DNA of 64,000 nt from Lytechinus pictus (Eukaryota), in NCBI RefSeq assembly GCF_037042905.1, contig NC_087251.1:45696001-45760000 (forward strand), read 5' to 3'. The translations under genes and the position numbers were made by a program. Of the stretch, positions 12,544 to 27,020 are shown piece by piece (position 1 is the first letter of the stretch; each line of letters opens with the position of its first letter). The notes under the pieces are model-generated. The model was not told the origin of the DNA and did not search any database. It saw nothing but the letters and a program-made list of their open reading frames with translations.

Positions 12544-13056
12544 GTAAGTCTTGGTTTATCGTGTCAAGCAGGGGCCACTGGGAGAAGAGTTTTCGGAACG
12601 GAAGTGGCTACCCTGGGTAAAAAGTGATCTTATCAATATTGTTGTTGTTATCATTGTTATCGTCATTATGGTGTATCCTAATAAAACGGGATGATGGGTA
12701 GAAGAAACGATGAGGTAGACAAAAAGAAAACAGAAAAGGATGAAGAATGAGAATGGGGGGGGGGGTTGAAGAGGTTAATAAGGAGGAAGAGAAGTGAAGA
12801 AGGAGAAGAGGAGGGTAGGGAGTAGGAGGAAGAATAAGAATAGTGAAGAAGCAGAAGAAAAAGAAGGAGGAGGAGGAAAAGGAAAGAAGGAGGAGGATGA
12901 AAACAAATAGATAGGGATGTTTAGATTTTGAAATTGTATTTTAATTTGTTGTGCTTAAAGGTATCGTTTAAACAATGGTCAAAATAGACTTCCTCAAATT
13001 CATTATTCATTATTGTTATTCTAATTATTATTATTATTTAAATATCTTGATTGCAG

Positions 13057-13234
13057 AACCTGTCAACAGCGGATCCCAGTGATTTAGAGAAGAGAGCCCA
13101 GTATCTGAAGCAGCAACGTGATATTCTCATCGCCAAGAAGAAGAGCGCTCGGGAAAAGAGCCTGGACGCCTACGAGCAGAAGCAGGTCCAAGCGAGGCCA
13201 AAGTCATCAAGAGCTGCACGACAGGCAACTCAAG
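13057..13234 (+). CDS. CFAP36: CFAP36 exon
   Basis: ttgcag|...g|gtatgt. DLEKRAQYLKQQRDILIAKKK resembles the CFAP36 motif EL.QR.HYLKQKRDKL. Confidence 0.9.
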
Positions 13235-13753
13235 GTATGTCAAGGACCAGCGTAGGTTATACAGGAGGTCAGTGGATGATTTTACTCTAATCGTGGCCCA
13301 AATCACCCCTAAAGTTCCTCAAATGAAATGCTTTTAGCTAAACGTCTTTTCTGAATTTGCCCTTAAGATATGCCACAAGCAATATTCATTCATTACTAAT
13401 CCCGATGTTGAAAAAAAAAATGCTTGCACACGTACATGTGTGTGATCTACCATGATGCGACCACATTTGGGGGCGAATTTCATTCATGCCATTCATTGAT
13501 TTTTTTTTTTGGGGGGGGGTCCTTTTCAGGACCAAACATGCCTATAGAAGAATACATGGTATACTGTGAGTTCAGCTTTCTAGTTGATTTCAGCTAATTT
13601 TTGTCAGCTTATTTTCAGCTTTGTGTGTACATTGTTTGTTCTGAATTATAGGAGCTTTTGCAATTTCAGCTATTTTCATCTGCAATCTCTCACACCCCTG
13701 TTTAACATGGTTTAATTCATGCTTTAATATATATATATTTTTTGATTTCTTAG

Positions 13754-13848
13754 GTAATGTCAAGCTGGATGGGGGTATCGATGAAAAGCAGCTAGCCACG
13801 AGGAGAGCCCTTGCTGAATGCCTCAAGAGTGAAGTAATTGACAAATAA
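13754..13848 (+). CDS. CFAP36: CFAP36 last coding exon
   Basis: cttag| phase 1. ...QLATRRALAECLKSEVIDK-TAA matches the CFAP36 C-terminus RRLLAEKLKEEVINK. Confidence 0.9.
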
Positions 13849-14469
13849 TTACTCATGAGAGAACCCACGGTACCGTCTTACAAAGAGTTTAGATTGATCA
13901 GATCAACCTCAACTGTATGGAAATCCATCAATGCCATGATATTTCCTCCCTGAAATTTGCACAGTGTCCTTTGTAAATGCAGAGGAAGCGCATTGAATTG
14001 TCAAGACAATGATAAATGTATGAGTAATCATCTTATCTAAAAAGACTTTGAATAAACATGCATTTTAGATGTTGGCGTTGCTGGCTTTCCATAGTTGTGG
14101 TTGATCGGATCAATCACATCTCTTTGTGAGGCCTGGCCCAGATCTGTGAGCATTCTATGATTGCGATTACACTTTAGAGGTCTGTCATCCTACCATTTTG
14201 ACTATATTTCAAGTAGCGCGTGCAAGATGTGACGGGTTTTGTGCTATATTAGTTCCAGCGAATTATGTAAATGAGCTGTGTGTGTGTCAATATGTCTGTT
14301 TAAAATTGTTTGGTCTGATGTTGGTAGATTTAGATGCCAGCAATAAATAGCAAATAAATAATATGAAAGGAAGATGGCTTTCTCATCAACAGGATGAATG
14401 TTCACTGATGCCATCTGCATTCAAAGCAACCTGAACATGTATTCACTAATGTATTAATTGTACTGCTCC

Positions 14470-14832
14470 AGGTAGGAGTTTCATAAAGCTGTTCGTAAGT
14501 TAAGAGCGACTTTAAGAACAACTGGTGATCCTTTCTTGTTGTGAATGGTATATACACCAAAATGTTAATTGGCGATGGTTCAACTCGTGAGAAAGGTTCA
14601 CCAGTCGTTCTTAAAGTCGCTCTTAACTTACGAACAGCTTTATGGAACGGCCCCCAGGTGGGCGTTTCATAAAGCTCTTCGTAAGATAAGAATGACTCTA
14701 CACATGACTGGTGACCCTTTCTTGTGCTAAATGATCTATTCCTATGTAGAGGACTTAGCACCTAAGAACATGTTCCAGTCACGTGTAAAGTCATGCGTGA
14801 CTTTACCAACAGCTTTATGAAACACCAACCCA
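14470..14832. mobile_element. Two adjacent short palindromic MITEs (tttcataaagctg...cagctttatgaaac family)
   Basis: Terminal inverted repeats in each ~180-bp unit, joined at ccagg. Confidence 0.65.
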
Positions 14833-15999
14833 AGTATCAATTCAATTGATGTTGATAAATGTTATAGTTTAAGAATTTTAGGTTGATGGAATATGGATCT
14901 CTCAAGTAGATTGTTTATAATTGTCACTTGGAATCAATGCAAAAAAAAACCTAAAATCAATTTTAGATGACTCTAAAAGGGCATTGCAATAAACTTGCAA
15001 TTGGTGGAAAGTCAAATGTGGGTCAAAAATCAATCAAAGATCAGACAATCAATTGCAAATGTGCACTTGATATCTGGTCTGGTTCGTGCTACAGGCAGTA
15101 AAGATCAATTTGCTTTATTTACAATCGATAGTGAAATCAATTGCAGCTTTTTACAATTGGTATACAATTGTAAATTTGCAACAGAAATTTGCATGTGATT
15201 GCAAAAATTTCTTCCATCACAAGCAGTCCAATACTGCTTTCATGATATTAGTACGGTAAAAGAAAATGTCATTTATACATTTTTAGCGCAAAGGCCGTTT
15301 TGATGTTGTCTTAATTATCGCAATGAAGTGCAAGGTACATCTGCTCCTTTACACTGTAAAAGCGCTGTTTTAGATTTTAAGCATGTTTTGTAAGCCTGTC
15401 ACTCTAACAGCTATTGATTAAACTTTTAACAAGTTGTTTAAAAAGGTTTAAACAACAGTGACGGGCTTAAACAACATGTTTAAAAATTTAGTGTGGAAAC
15501 TTGAATCACTGCATTCTGTGCACTTTTCCCTTGTATCCCACTCCATTGTAAATAGAATTAAAAGAGAGAGGGGGGAAGAGATTAAAAAAAAAGAATAACT
15601 AAATATTTATATTTATCATATACTAGTACAAGATAAGATCAGTTCCTGGCAGTTCGTATTGTTCAGTCTGCATTAGATCAGTGTTTGTGTTTGTGAAAGC
15701 AAGTGCACTTTGTAAGGCCCCTTTCCCCCTTATTGTTAATATTTGGTCTTTCAAGAAAATCATTTTGTTCAGAACATTCCAGTGAAAATGTAAAAGATGT
15801 AGGCATAGTTGTTATTCCATCTTACCGAATATGAATTTTAGAGTTGGAAATGAACAGTGTTATTATAATACATTTTTTGAGAGCTTGCACGCTACTGTAC
15901 TAAAGAAATATTGTTCTATTATTCTCATATTGAGACAAAAAGAAGGGGCAACACCAGTAATACATTACATGCCCATATATGATAATCTATGTCTCATTG

Positions 16000-16305
16000 A
16001 CCCGTATTCTAAACTCCAGTTTAACTTTGACCATGGTCTAACTCTGCGCTAAACTTATGGCAAGCCAAAAATGTCACAAATTTGTTTATATGGTATGTTT
16101 GTTAGGTTTACTGTACCGTTTTTCTTAATTCTTTAATAGTGAAAAAAAAACTTTTATGTAACCCCAGACAGTTATGAACGATTTGAGTGTCAAATGAGCG
16201 GACAAATTGAAACTTTACTGTCAAAGAGATTTATGTCACAGTTGGCTTTCCATAGATAAACCACGACTTAAGACCAGAATCTAACCCGATTTTAGAATAT
16301 AGGCC
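16000..16305. mobile_element. Uninterrupted MITE of the ggcccgtattct family
   Basis: Colinear with 5582-5759 joined to 8620-8753. Confidence 0.7.
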
Positions 16306-19300
16306 ATGGCGTTAAGCTTTAGGCTTGTTTGCATGCATTTGCACCAAATAGCTAGAATCTGCACAAATTGAATCCCTTGGGGGCCACAGAAGTCTATGGC
16401 GACTTGTATATGTAAATGCGAAGATGTGAATATAGTAGCACATGTTTTACATATTTTGGTCTGAAAAAATGCTTCAACTTGGCCGCTTATTTAAATTATA
16501 GATGGTTGACTGACACACACTCTATTTGTAATTTGCTTTGTGTTATTAGATGTAGAAAGTTTTTCACTTTTTCATGGCTATTTACAAGATGATATTAATC
16601 CATCATTGTTTTAACCAACATCCTAAACACAACATTTGTTCCACTGAAGATTAGATTTCTGAGTAAAGAATATGAGAGACTAAATTGTATTTATGCAAAT
16701 TTGTATAGTTAAAATGAGGTTTGTGTGTGATAAACGTAGAATGTGAATATTGGTGATCATGTAGCAAAATTGTTAATATATTTTCATTTTTCTAGTTGAA
16801 TGACTATATTTGTGCCTATGTACAAATTCATAATGTGTGCAGTATAATGTATTCGATAACATTGTTCTGGTGGTCATCCACCTTGTTGAATGGCTTGTAA
16901 ATTGCTTTTTCACAGCTTCTTAGAAAAGCAAATTTTAATCCTACCTTATGTTTAAGTTATCAAAAATATTATAATACCTCTAACAGGACATGACATAGAA
17001 TCTATGAATATATAATTGTAACTTTCTTTGATTTTGATTCAAATCAAGAATAGTAAAAGTAATGATAAACAGCTTTGAATCTTGCCCATCTTTAGAGACC
17101 AAATTTGTGACAGCTTGTTACTGGTTTCTAAAGTTTGGTAAAAATTTTGTTCCTACAGGATGGAGGATGAAGAATTACTCAAAATAATGATTACGTTCAA
17201 TATTTCAAGGCAAATTTCATTTATGTTTGTTTTTTTAATTTTTTTTTTCATTGAATTCAATAAACTTTTGGTATTGGTAATACAAAGAGTTGCTGAAACA
17301 TTTCTTCAATAAAAAGAAATGAAGAGAAAATAAAATGAAGATAATGAAATGAAGTTAGGGTCACTTATTGCATTTAGAGCATTTTATGATAAATAAGCAT
17401 AGGGTACCAAAATGGATATATTTCAGAGGTGAAAATGGCACTTAGAAGAAAAATGGATGGAAATTAGGCAAATTCATTTTTTTCAAACTCGAGCAAGGCA
17501 ATATTTATTAGGTAAAAATAAAGGAACTTAGGAGGAAAATTGGGCACCCTCCTTAGTACCAAGGTAAGAGGGCAATTTTTGTAAGGCTATTTAAAAGGCA
17601 ATGTTTCAAAGTCAAGGGCAACTTATCAGGAGAAGAGGGAACTTATCTGAAAGGAAAATGGGAGATGGGGATCAGAAAAAGGGGTACTTATTTTCTAAAA
17701 TCACAGAAGTGTACCCCATTTTAAGAGATTTTTAGCTGAGAAAGTTACCCCTATTGATGATGCATCCCCTATCTTATCAGGCAAATATTCTCGGCATCCT
17801 TTAATGCTTCTTTCATCCTGGGAGGGGGTCGCTGAAATCATGTACATTTTGGCATACAATACACCTGGTCAGTGGTGTGCTTATTATTTTACACTTATTG
17901 CAGTCTGATAAAGAAAAAGCATTTGCAAATTACTGAGAGAAATTGTAGATCGGATCAAAACAAAATCATGAAAGATCTCTAGTAAATTTTTTTTTTGTCA
18001 TTGACAGACGCACACTCCCAAACAATGGACAAGCTAACAAAAGGAAAATATGAAAAAATAAACCAAGCATTCCTATTCTTAATCCACCTTAATTGCTAAC
18101 CCTTCTGATCTACTCTACTGATGATTAAGTCATTATGTTTGTGCATTAATTTATTTTGATCACCTTGCACCGTTTTCCGTCCAGAATAAAAGCAAGAAAT
18201 CAACCTGTGAATCGTATTGGGCAAATATGGACATTCCCGATTACAAAGGTTATTGGCCCGAATGTATATTTCTTATTTTATTTTGTTATATCCCGTTTCT
18301 ATAGATAATATGGGATAATATTTTAATTTTATATCTGAGTTAAAAAGATGTTGAAGTTATTCAAACTGTAAAAAAAATTGACTCCAGTAAATATCTATTC
18401 ATGCTTAAAATGTATTCCTCTTTGACACGTTGCACATTTCAACAAGCACTGAATAGACTAGAATTTGAACAAGTATATATGAGAATTAAATATCTACTTC
18501 TGTACAAAGTATTATCATCTATGACTTTGTAATAACCTGATGCTCAATAAATATTTCCATGAAGAGGAAAAGAATCTTGAATATTTTGTGAGATTTTTCT
18601 TGTCGAGTCTACCTTGTAAATGTCAATACTAGTGCCGGTCTATAAATTATTTTCTACACCGTACAGTAACAACACTTATAAAAGGAAGATAAATTATGCT
18701 GGAAATAAATAGAAAATCATAACCCAGCTATCATGAATTCTAATGAATTGTATATAATACAAAAGAGTAAAATGTAGCCTTTGTTTTCACCTAGTTGCAA
18801 ATTGTGATCAGTCATGGATAAATGATTATATGAATTACTAAATGTGATAATGCGTATTTGCAGACCTTGCAATGATCATTGAAGTGTAAAGTTCTAGCAA
18901 TGCATTGATGATTGTGGCTTGTCTATTCATTTTACAGATGGATTATGGTTCATGATATTCATTTGATATACAATTGGTATTTCAATTGGATTTATTCCCG
19001 ATTGCTAACATTTTTGTACACATCAATGTGTGCTTCATCGACTTTTGTAAAGGGGTTGCTGCAAATTGATTCATATATATTTCCCTGTCAAAATAAAGAG
19101 AACAAATAGAAAACATGAATTTTTTAATCAAATAATGGATATCTGATCTCTCTCAAAAAGGTCAGGAACAAGTCATGATCATTGAACCACTTGCGGGTAA
19201 TGCTTCAGTGATCAGAGAAAGGCCTGGAAATATCCATTATCGCGTTTAATTATTTATAATTCTGCATGCATGACGGATAACAATTTGCAATCATCTGAAA

Positions 19301-20941
19301 ACAGAGGCTACAATTCTCTCTGTCATATGATATAAATCATTTGATTTTATAATAGAGGAGGGTTACCATTGCCAGCACAGTTATCTCATCATATTACAGT
19401 GTTGTTAATAGTATACAAATAATTCCTGGGGTAATGTATGCTTTCTACTCTTTGCACAATTTAAAAGGCCCAGCCACTGACAAATCATGGGGAAATTGAA
19501 TCGATACGAAATTTGCAAAAGGCCAAATTGACTTGCATAATATAATCCTTCCGTCATGAGTGCCCGTCGGACTAAAGCGATAAAAGTTCGGACAGCACGA
19601 ATTTGACCGAACTCGTGATGGTTATTTACTTCGGATCATCGCAGTTCCAGTTTCCAACGATCCCAATTCCTAGACTCACAGCAGGTCTCTTGATTGCTAA
19701 ACCAAAATAAATAACCTCTGTGAAGTTACATGTTTCAAAGTGAAAACACACAGTTTACTTCTGGTTGGTTAGTATACCAACTATTGCTCTCCTATAGACC
19801 TCCCAGACTTGCCAGCGTCTATTACATAACACCCCCAGGCATGCAGCCGAGTGAGACTTGAATCCCTTCTCTGTTCTGCGAGATCCCCATGATTTGTCAA
19901 TGAAAGGTTGCTTGAAAATATAGATTAGACTCATTCTTGGTTCAATGAAGTCTCTTGAATGCTGGATTTACTGTGTGCATATGCAGTTTTGATTAGGCCC
20001 TGTTGTGCTCATAAGTTGGTGAATCCCACCACAAAATGCACTCCTTCATGCCGAATGTAGACAACACTACAATGTTCGGCGAGCACAGAGGAACAAACTT
20101 TTTTTAATGTAATATTTCATCACCTGATTTTGCAATTCAATATCTAAACATGGCAGAACTTGTACATTTTGAATATGTATCTATTTAGGATATTATATAA
20201 AATCTGTATGCCCGACTTCCTGTACGTTTGTGGGACCCTCGTGATATTATTTCTCTATCTGGTTCTTATGAAAACATGCTTTTAAATGACCACAACTTGA
20301 GCAATTCATGAAGTGAAATGAGGAAACATTGGATGTGGGATGTACAACAACATTGAACATTTTATGGTATTGCCCTTAAGTGTAATATTGAGGATGGGAA
20401 CTATTCTCACCCACTTCCATTTACTCTTCATCTTTCTACCCAATATAAAATGCATATGCAGAGGTTTTTTCATCATTCTGAGCAAATTCAGCCAAGAAAT
20501 TGTTTGATTATGGATCCTATTAATTCTAGTTCTATAATTTCATATATTGAAGTATTTTGAAAATGACTAAATTTTACCCTGAAATATTTTTTAAATAATT
20601 AGTACATATTCTGCATTATGGAAGAAATGTTGAGTTACTCAGTGGCAAACCTGGAAAGCCTTGTCAGGAAGGATTAAAAAAAAAAGAAAAAAAGTCATGA
20701 GTTACTGCCCCTTCCAGAAGCATTATACCCATCAACAATTGTCTGATAAAATAAGAAAAGTTGATAATCTAATTTCTGTCGGGGGGGGGGGGGGATGGGG
20801 GGGCAAAGTGCCCACCTCCCTGACGTACACTCACTGACTGGTGGAGTTAACATTTAATCAACATCATACCAAGCATTTCAGAGTTGCTGAATCAGGTTTT
20901 ACTCACAGACTATCCACACTCTTATAAATGACTAATCACCA

Positions 20942-21058
20942 GGGTCCCGTAACACAAAGGTTAGCGATTAATCGTACGCTTGATTTTTACGATTGATTGT
21001 TCATTGTAGTCAATGCAATCAATCTATGATCATTGCTAAGCTTTGTGTTACGGGCCCC
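20942..21058. mobile_element. Short MITE (ggtcccgtaacacaaag TIR); relative at ~4063-4202
   Basis: gggtcccgtaacacaaagg / ctttgtgttacgggcccc. Confidence 0.65.
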
Positions 21059-22158
21059 AGATAGTTCCATGAAGGGCTCATAGGCAATTCACTTCATTTT
21101 TTAAGGTTTACTCACTAATCACAATCAACCTTCTCACACTTGTTCTCATGGAGGCAAATCACTATTCATGATTCACTCACAAACTACCCACACTCGACCT
21201 TTGCATACTATCAAAAAGTTACAAATCACCAGATATCTCAATAAAAGGCTCAGAGGCAAATCATAGCTTTTTTTTGTTGTTCTGCTCCAAAGAATTTATT
21301 TACATTTCACAAAAGGGGTGACCTTGGATCCATTTCTAGCAATCAGGCACCCTATAATATAGTTCATATCATTGTACTTCATACTTTTTTTTCCTTCTCT
21401 CTCTCATTATTAAAAAAGTGTTCTACAAATATACGACCCAGTACTGCCAACTGCCATTTAGGTTCACACGCAGTGATCTTACTCGTATTGAGCAAGGTGG
21501 GGGAGGGGGATAAATGAGTGAATTTGAATAATGTGAATAGGCAAGGGAGAGTTGGAAAGGATGCAAGAGAGAGAGAGAAGAGGAGAGAAAAGAGGACAAA
21601 GGTGAAGAGAAAAGAGAGATGTCAAGAGAAAAGAAGAGAGAAGGGAAGAGAGAAAGAGAGATGGGGTGCAGACCATGATCATGAAGAATAAAACACAAAT
21701 AGAATTACATTCAAGTTGCACTCGGAAAAACAGAGGGAAGAGACAAATAAGCAGAGATAACCAAGAGAGAAATGTACCAACATCTGAATGCAGGTGAAAG
21801 TAAATGGCAGAAGATGTGCTATAAATGACAAATACACAGGATACACTCAAAGTTTAAGACCATATCAGATGATAAACCCAGACATCGATTTGTCACTCGA
21901 TGGTGTAACACCTTGCATGTCATGACATGGGAAAGTATGTCCGCACATGCCTCTTCATCAAAATACTGAATGATTCTGCTCTCAAAACATAATAAATACA
22001 TGTCAATCTGTATCATGCCAAATGTAGAAAATTCATAGACAAAGACAGAGACGATAACCAATATCTGAATGCGCCAATTTAGTAAGCAAGGCTTGATATT
22101 AATCAACTTTAACAAAAATATGCGTTGGTTACCGAGTCAACTTACCCGGAATTGCTCT

Positions 22159-22571
22159 GGGGGGTGTTTCACAAAATGTGACTAATGGGGTATTGCAAGA
22201 AACTTGCAATCAATTACAAGTCTATTTTGGTCCCTAAATCAATCATATGTCTTGAAATTAATAGCAAATTCGTGATTGACAATCTGCTTGAAACAAGGAG
22301 TGTAATCTGATTTGCTACAGCTAACGTTGATCTATCAGTTTAAACAATGGCAACAGAATATTTGCAATTGATTCGCAGATATTTTCTTGCAACACCCCCC
22401 TAAGAGTCGTGCTGAAACGCCAACGGGCACCTGACATCTAACATGTAATCTGACCGATGGCTACACGGTAGTGCGCATGATCTGACCAATGTGGTAATGC
22501 CTTATAGACCGCACGCAACTGAAATTCAAGTGCTACCTGTAAGTCACACTTAAATCTTTGAGACACACCCC
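22159..22571. mobile_element. MITE (gggtgtttcacaaa) with a second MITE (~22186-22400) nested inside; outer-family relative at ~39046-39258
   Basis: Inner TIRs ggggtattgcaagaaa / tttcttgcaacacccc interrupt the outer element. Confidence 0.6.
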
Positions 22572-22998
22572 ACTGGTTTATTAACAGGTAGTTGAATAAT
22601 CATATAAGGATTGGTGTCAAGCTCTGCAGGAGTCACAGTGCTTCTCTTTCAAATGTTCACATTATTTTTTTGACACTTGGAGGACAGAGAAAAATTGCAT
22701 CATAAAATATGTATCGATTGTCGAATCTAACTCTGGACACTTCCTGAATTAAATTAAAAAAAATAATAATTGAATGACAGTATAAGCAACAGTCACACCA
22801 AGGAAACCGACTCCAGTCCGATCAAAGATATTATGTTATTGTGAATGGTGTATCATCGATCGGTTTGAAGTTGGCTTTGTTAGTGGGGCTGAGGCATAAC
22901 AATGTAACATTCAGACGCTGCTAACAAGTGCTGTCAACACTCCTGCGACAAAGCCTTGGAAACAAAACTGCTGTCAACTTTCCTGAAATGGTGTCCTC

Positions 22999-23148
22999 TG
23001 GGGCCTGTTGCGGGAAGAGTTGGGTTTAGACGCAAGTCAAAACATCAAGCGCAAGTCCCAAATACGGGTGCTTCATTGGCTGAAAATCAAGTTGCGCAAG
23101 ATTTTTTGAGCTGCGTTTGATCGCAACTCTTTTCTGCAACGGGCCCCT
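22999..23148. mobile_element. Short palindromic MITE
   Basis: ggggcctgttgcgggaagagttg / caactcttttctgcaacgggcccc. Confidence 0.65.
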
Positions 23149-26100
23149 GGGAAACAAAATAAAGTGTTATAGCGAATCATATGGAGATGCCTTGTACACT
23201 TGCTCAACAGCACAGTGAAAACAAGCATATTTTTAATTTTCATCAACATTCTTGGCATTCTTGCAATGGTTTGGCAGAATCATTGCAAGTATGGAGTCAC
23301 TGAATTTCACATGAATACAAAGAAATACCAGAGATGTAGAGTGGGCCCTGTTGCACAAAACCTACCACTGATAATTCCGCCATCAATTGGAACTTCCATG
23401 GCATTGATTGTGATTGGCTGTAGAATGTTGTTAGTCTTGTTGCCATGGTAGTTGCAATTGCTGGAATTTTATCCATCAACTGATAGTTTTATAAAAACAG
23501 GGATAGAATAAGAGGATGTGATTTACTTTGTCATTACATGTAATTGCATAATATAAACCATATCATTCAAAGTCCATGATACAGTTCAAACAATCTCCAT
23601 ATCATGTACAATATAATGCTAAATATACTTCTCTCTAAAGGAAATCTACAAATATTTGGAGTAAATTTCAAATAAAATTCTAGAGAAATGACAAGATTCA
23701 AATTCCATATGAACAAAATAAATTACAAAATAAAAATTACAAGTAAAATCTGATAAAACCATCTAAAAATGGTAAAAGAGGGAAGAAGCTGTTCGACATT
23801 CGAACGCGTATCGGGTCAGGCACCATTTAAATACGAGATAATTTTTAACGATTTCTTTACATCGGTTTGGAAATAAAGGTTTCCTATTCTGCCACAAATG
23901 ATGACTAACTAGCTGTACAAAGATATACATGTTTTAGTACACTCTGATATTTTACACACAGCATAATAGCGAAACATTGTGGCAACACATATTTGCTTTG
24001 TACAGATCCAAAACACAACACAGTGGGGAGGGAAAAGAATTTGGCGTCATTATCCATAAAAAATAAACCTTTCTCAACCAAACTTAAATACCAGTATTTG
24101 TCACATAAGACACATGATAGAATTTGTTATCAAAGACAACTTAAAAAAAATAATAAATCCCTCTAATAATTGAAAGCAAGAGTCGATGCATAACATGCAT
24201 TGAAATTTGCATTCAGAAATAATTGGCAGGAGGGGGGGGGGGGAGGAAAGGATGAGCATAAAAACTGAGTCAATTTCATTTGTGCACATAGTTGGAATGC
24301 CTGACTTCACAAAGAAGTAGTTGAAAGAGACTCTAAATGCATCACTAATTAGAAACACAGAATGGTGCATGACACAAAGTTGCGACAGAAAACTTGCTTG
24401 GACGGCCGTGCTGTAAGATCAAGTCAACACACTTACTCTGAAGCTGAAGGACCGATATTTAGCACCATTCGAAAAATATTAGTGGTGAAAATGAGGACCA
24501 CTCAACAAGTTCTTGCTTTTTTGCGAATCATAAATATGAGGAACAGTCCCAATCGATTGACCGAACTTGAGTCCTCTATTCTTGAAGACCTTATGGGGAA
24601 AAATATGAGTGTTATATTGACAAATCTGTACCCCAAGAATGAAACAGATAATGCATGAATCTTCCGATTGCAATCCTATTCTTCGTGAAAAAAAACACAA
24701 TGAATCTTCAAACCATGAAGGGTCTTTCCGAAATCTTTGCTGGTGGAACCGATTCATAGGAATTTTCATGAAAATCAAAGGTCTTGTGAATTTTCTTGTC
24801 GTGAAAAATTGTGCATGCGAAGGTGGACAGTTACATAAAATGTCGGAAAAAAATTAAAAATCAATATAAAGGACTGAATGACAGACTGAGAACACGTCTA
24901 TAGGTTCGCACTATCTCTCTACCTCCATCTCACACATAAAACATCTCTCTCGCTCTCTCTTTCTCTCCGACACAATAACGACAATTGCGCATTTGGAAAC
25001 TGCCAAGCACATTCAACCACATACACGATCATCATATATGCAAAATACACACGACTGGAAAGTGGTATGAAAAATATCTTGACTTTTACAATAATTGTAC
25101 ACTGCTTTACATTGGGTTGGTGATGGGGGCCTCGAGTTACATACTCCCATCGGATACCTGAGTGATGGTGGTGCAGCATAGATTCCGCGGGACAATTAAA
25201 ATCGAGGATCGCCGACTATTCGTTACAAGCTACCGAAATCCTTGCATCCGATTGGCTCTGAGCAAAAAATTGTTGGTGAAAGTAAATGATTATTTGTTTT
25301 TAATGAGATGCACCCCAGGCGATCGCATCCATCCTACTCCAGGGGGTAGTCCGCTCCCTGGGAGCTTTTCATGGAGAGTTTCGTCCGTGATTTTCACCGA
25401 CTTGTTTGCTCTCAGCCAATCAGAAGCCAGGATTTCAAGTAGCTGTCAACATCCGCCGGTGAAAACCGCTGAGAAAATTGTTCATGACACACTCCCCCTA
25501 TCTCATCGGCAGAGGTCACGGGTCTTTCTAAAATAAAAATCATAAAACGTCCAATCTTCTTCATATCTTCTCTAACTGGCTTGTGCTAATGCCTCATTGA
25601 ACAAAAGATAAAAAGATACCCCAATTATTGCCCTTGTCCAAATCCATGAATATCATAATTGTAAGTAGTGTGTATAAAAGCCATACTGGAATCTATCGTG
25701 TTAAAAGAAGAAAGAGATAGGCCTTTAAAAAAGACAAACCCAAAACATTAAAACACACACGAGTGCAGGTTTCGAGCTCAAGTGAAGGCTTGGTAAAGAT
25801 CCAAAACAGACCTTGGCTTTGAAAACATATGACTTCTCACGGGACATGAGGAAGCAATTTATGTATACATGATGACAATCTTATTGTATACACAGTAGAA
25901 TCTATCAAGCAATTCATCGTGATCTGGGCATGGCACATTTTCATCATCATCTTCATCATTGTCATCCCAATCATCATCATCATCATAATCAAGCTTGTAA
26001 GCTCTCGAGGAAGCCCTAAGCTTAACCGTTGTTCCTGGAGTGTGCGTCAGCGTGTCTTTGCCAAGGTCCCTTGAGGCAGACGTGAACCCTTGCGATAGGT

Positions 26101-26233
26101 AATACTTGTTGCACACGACGGCGAGTTTGGCAACGTCCAAGGTCGGGTCTGCGTGCGTCTCAACAGGACCAGCAACTCAAGGCATAGGTGAGTAGGTGGA
26201 GGACGGGTTTGATCTGACTGGACTGGATGCTTC

Positions 26234-26332
26234 CTAGATCAGACGTGCTCTCTTCAGCGGAGGGTGCTCGTCTGCATCTTCGTCTTCGTCGGAATCCTCG
26301 TCAGGATAGTCTACCAACCCAACCAAACCTCC
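26234..26332 (-). CDS. PPP4R3: PPP4R3 last coding exon
   Basis: GGLVGLVDYPDEDSDEDEDADEHPPLKRARLI-TAG carries the conserved LVDYPD + acidic + basic NLS-like C-terminus. Confidence 0.94.
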   Translation of the reverse strand, partial: GGLVGLVDYPDEDSDEDEDADEHPPLKRARLI

Positions 26333-26742
26333 CTGCCGAGGTCAAATAAAGAGAAGAAATGAAGTCTACATTAGCAGATCTGGTTTTCAGAAGAATAAGA
26401 AGTTGAACTACCCTGTTGATATTCCTACAAACATTCATGCATTAGACTACGCATATGTTGACCTTCCCCTAAATAGAATCATCAAAACATGTATAAATAA
26501 TATCTTTTAAGTCGGAAAATGCTTACGTCAAAGAGATTTCTATGGTCCCGAAAGATTCAATCTAGTTTACATCAGCTAAATTTTTATTCCAACCAAAAAA
26601 TTGATTCCCAATTGCAAAAAATTGATTCCCATAATTCTCTTTTTGACGATAACTCAAAGAAAATAATGTGACGTGCAATGGTCTCCAATCAACTGGACAA
26701 ACAGCACAAGACACACACACACGAAGCATGCGATAGCTGTAC

Positions 26743-27020
26743 CTTTGCCGCACTATTTGCCTTCAATTCAGATGCCGGTGAAACCTTCTTTACCTCAGCG
26801 CTGCCACCGATGTTATTGGCTAGCTCCGTGTCTGCCCCCAGCTTCTTGATGGTCGGTGATGTCGACGTGTTCGAAGACACCGGAATGGGACTGGATGGTC
26901 TGTTGTTGGTCAACGGTGCCGCCCTCTTGTTGGGGTTGTTACCCGGTGACGGCCTGAGAGGTGTGTCCGGTCTTCCGTTGCTGGCGTTCAGGGGTTCCGA
27001 CCTGTTCAAAAGCTGGTTTT
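26743..27020 (-). CDS. PPP4R3: PPP4R3 exon 15 (low-complexity S/P-rich)
   Basis: atcccag|...aag|gtacag, phase 1->0. ENQLLNRSEPLNASNGRPDTPLRPSP... Confidence 0.82.

Noticed and set aside
25859..26140. 93-aa acidic ORF just downstream of the PPP4R3 stop; also possible stop readthrough
   Set aside because: No ATG start, the acidic run comes from a (GAT)n microsatellite, and the TAG-G context is not a known readthrough motif; most likely 3' UTR.
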